DNA from: Torpedo marmorata
Taxonomy: Eukaryota
Assembly: GCA_977017645.1 (NCBI GenBank)
Contig: OZ360240.1
Span: forward strand, 44,454,001-44,518,000
Reading direction: 5' to 3'
Length of the DNA: 64,000 nucleotides
Part shown: positions 61,433 to 64,000 of the stretch, one piece after another
Position numbering within the stretch: position 1 is the stretch's first letter
Layout of the letters: every line of letters starts with the position of its first letter
Made by a program: the position numbers and the translations under genes
The notes under the pieces: model-generated
Told to the model about the DNA's origin: nothing
The model's database searches: none
What the model saw: only the letters and a program-made list of their open reading frames with translations

Positions 61433-62234
61433 CACTGGACAATGAAGATTTTGCTTCCTGGACACTTGGGTGTATTTATGGATTTTGGGCTGCTGATAAC
61501 GAAAATCACCTCAAAATTTCCCTATCACGTACTGTTTTTTAGAAATAGCCTATTTTTGTGATTTCCTGTCAGATTTTAAGTCTACTATCATATTGCCCAC
61601 AAAGCAAGCTGTTTTGGTCAGTCCAAACATGCCTGGGCATGCACTCAGTGCAGGTGCTTTGCAAATGTTGTCTTAGGCCTGGGCATGCTTAGTCAGGATA
61701 GATGCAGACAGGCTATAAAAGCAGCTCACATATACAGATGCTGTGCATTACATTGATATAGATTGAATGCATATTGATGCACATGTTATTCGGGCAATAG
61801 TATAGTGAGTGTACTTAACAATAACATTTATTGTCTTCTGGAAGATTCAATATAGCAGAAATGTCTCATCAATGTTGCAACAGCTGCAATACATTCTGTT
61901 ACATTTGTGGCATGTATAGGCTTAAGGCTCAAAGACACAGAATGACTGCACTTATTAAGAAAGCCTATGAGCTCTATTTCAGTTCTAAAATTGGTGACCA
62001 AGACAAACCCTGGGATCCTCACATTTGTTGTGCAACATGTGCAGTCAACCTTGTGTCAGCATCATTATGCGATTAAGCATGCAAAATTCAATAAGAGTTA
62101 TTTTAATATTTCTCTAACTTCCTACATGATACAGAAAATCTGAAATTATCTTTGTGTTCAGCTTGAAGTTGTCTATCATAATCCCCAATTTTTTTGCAGG
62201 CAGCAAACCTTTTGAAAAAAATTGTTGTCCAGTG
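61433..62234 (+). mobile_element. Chapaev3-type deletion derivative keeping the transposase N-terminus
   Basis: TIRs cactggacaa / tgtccagtg; peptide FCYICG...KKAYELYF..KIGDQDKPWDPHICCATC; both ends match 4182-4812 in reverse. Confidence 0.82.
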
Positions 62235-62241
62235 ACCAGAA

Positions 62242-62520
62242 GGGCGGCACGGTTGGCGTAGCGGTTAGCGCAACGCCTTTACAGCGCCAGCGATCGGGAC
62301 CGGACCTGGGTTCAAATCCCATGCTGTCTGTAAGGAGTTTGTATGTTCTCCCCATGTCTGCGTGGATTTTCTCTGGGGGCTCCGGTTTCCTCCCACCGTT
62401 CAAAATGTACCGGGGTGTAGGTTAATGGGGTGTAATTTGGGCAGCATGGACTCGTGGGCTGAATTGGCCTGTTACAGTGCTGTATGTCTAATTTTTTAAA
62501 AAAAATTAAATTTAAAAAAT
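62242..62520 (+). mobile_element. V-SINE
   Basis: Same family. Confidence 0.88.
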
Positions 62521-63025
62521 TGAACTAAAATGGCCTTTACTGTACTCAACAGTCACCACACACAGTCTGCTCTGCCTATTGGGAGGACACTCGGGGTATA
62601 GAAGGTATAATGCAAATGTACTGACCAAGTGTGTGACTAAAGCGGTGAACAAGGAGGCAGGTTAAGGATCACAGAGATAAGCCGGTACACATGCTAATTG
62701 TTCATTCTACTTTCTAACAAACAGCTCTTGTGGGAATGCATCACATATTTAATTATGCATTTCTGTTTTGCTCCAGATTTCATCATCTGCAGTCTCTCGT
62801 GTATCCCCATATCCATATACTTGTCCACCTTGAGGAATCACTTCCAAATCATTTGTGTCACATGACTGCCTGCTCTGTGACAATGCAGCTGCAGTTTCTC
62901 AGAAAGTCTGGGTTTTCTTTATTCAACTGCACTTTGTGATTTTTAAAACCAATCACTGCTTTTAGGAATACGTATTTTCAAAAGTAGTTTGAAAACACAT
63001 TATTTGTATTAATAGTTCATGTATT

Positions 63026-63384
63026 GTCATATATATCAATACATCATCTGCAAATAAACTAATTTTGTGTTCTTCATTACCAACTTTAATACCTGCAATC
63101 TTAATATCTTGTCTAATTAATTCAGCTAAAGGTGCAGGATATACTGGATTTGACTGGCGGACCTGTGTTCCACTATAAAATTAGGTTATAGTAGTTTTGT
63201 TTAGAGTGACATTCTCCTTACTTTATCTTTTTCTCTCTTTCTTTCTTTTCGGGAGGGTTAGGGAGGGGAGGGAGGGAGGGAGGGAGGAAAGGGGGGTGAA
63301 AATGTATCACATGTATTTTGATAACTTTGCAGTTTAAGCTATGTACTGTGTGATTTAAAATTTTAAATAAAATATATTAAAAAA
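63026..63384 (+). mobile_element. L1 insertion with 5' inversion (twin-priming type)
   Basis: Inverted FADD-region piece (63026-63133) joined to 3' UTR and A tail; 15-bp TSD aatagttcatgtatt (63011-63025, 63385-63399). Confidence 0.88.
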
Positions 63385-63429
63385 AATAGTTCATGTATTA
63401 TCCAACTAGACTCTGTTATGTCTCACAAC

Positions 63430-64000
63430 TTTGTCAAGTCATCTGATTGTACAAGTACAACCTGATGAAAAGCGTTCTCCGATCCTCAATGCAAAACATG
63501 CAGACACACAACCAGACACATACAGACAAACAATACATATGCAGGACAAGTATTTTATCTATAAAAATAAATACAAATGAGAGTCCTGGATGGTTAGTGT
63601 GAGCAGCTCCTTTGGTCGTTCAGCATTCTCACTGCCTGTGGGAAGAAGCTGTTCCTCAGTCTGGTGGTGCTGGCTCTGATACTCCTGTATATCTTCCCCG
63701 ACGGGAGCAGCTGAAATGTGTAGGGTGGAAGGGGTCCTCAATGATTTTGCGTGCCCTTCTCAGACAACGATCCCATTAGATCACGTCGATGGGAGGGAGG
63801 GAGACTTCAGTGATCCTCTCTGACACTCTTATGGTCCTGTGGATTGACCTCTGATCCACTTCTCTGCAGCAACCGTACCACACTGTGATACAGCCGGCCA
63901 GGACGCTCTCGATAGAGCTCCTATAGAAGGTTGACATAATGGTGGCCGGTAGCCTTGCCCGCTTCAGTCTTCTCAAGACGTGCAATATCTGTTGTGCCTT
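63430..64000 (-). mobile_element. Rex1/Babar-type LINE 3' part, continuing past the window
   Basis: LRRLKRARLP..STFYRSSIESVLAGCITVWYG; same 3' end as 24745-25128. Confidence 0.85.

Overview
Eukaryotic, repeat-dense vertebrate DNA. The repeat set (HE1-type V-SINEs, CR1, Rex1/Babar, Penelope-like elements, fish-type L1) points to a shark or ray; this is inferred. I could not confidently identify any host protein-coding exon. Main contents: (1) a very young, intact single-ORF Ty3/Gypsy LTR retrotransposon (7041-11591) whose primer-binding site is complementary to its own LTR rather than to a tRNA; (2) an intact full-length L1 (27188-33212, minus) plus five other L1 copies; (3) several Penelope-like element ends carrying minimal hammerhead ribozyme motifs, some in inverted arrangements; (4) two complementary Chapaev3-type deletion derivatives; (5) a Tigger4/Jerky-like pogo transposon partly covered by N runs; (6) a probable solo LTR; (7) many hAT and pogo MITEs, SINEs and LINE fragments. 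Family names come from recalled motifs, not database searches. Coordinates were counted by hand and may be off by a few bases.
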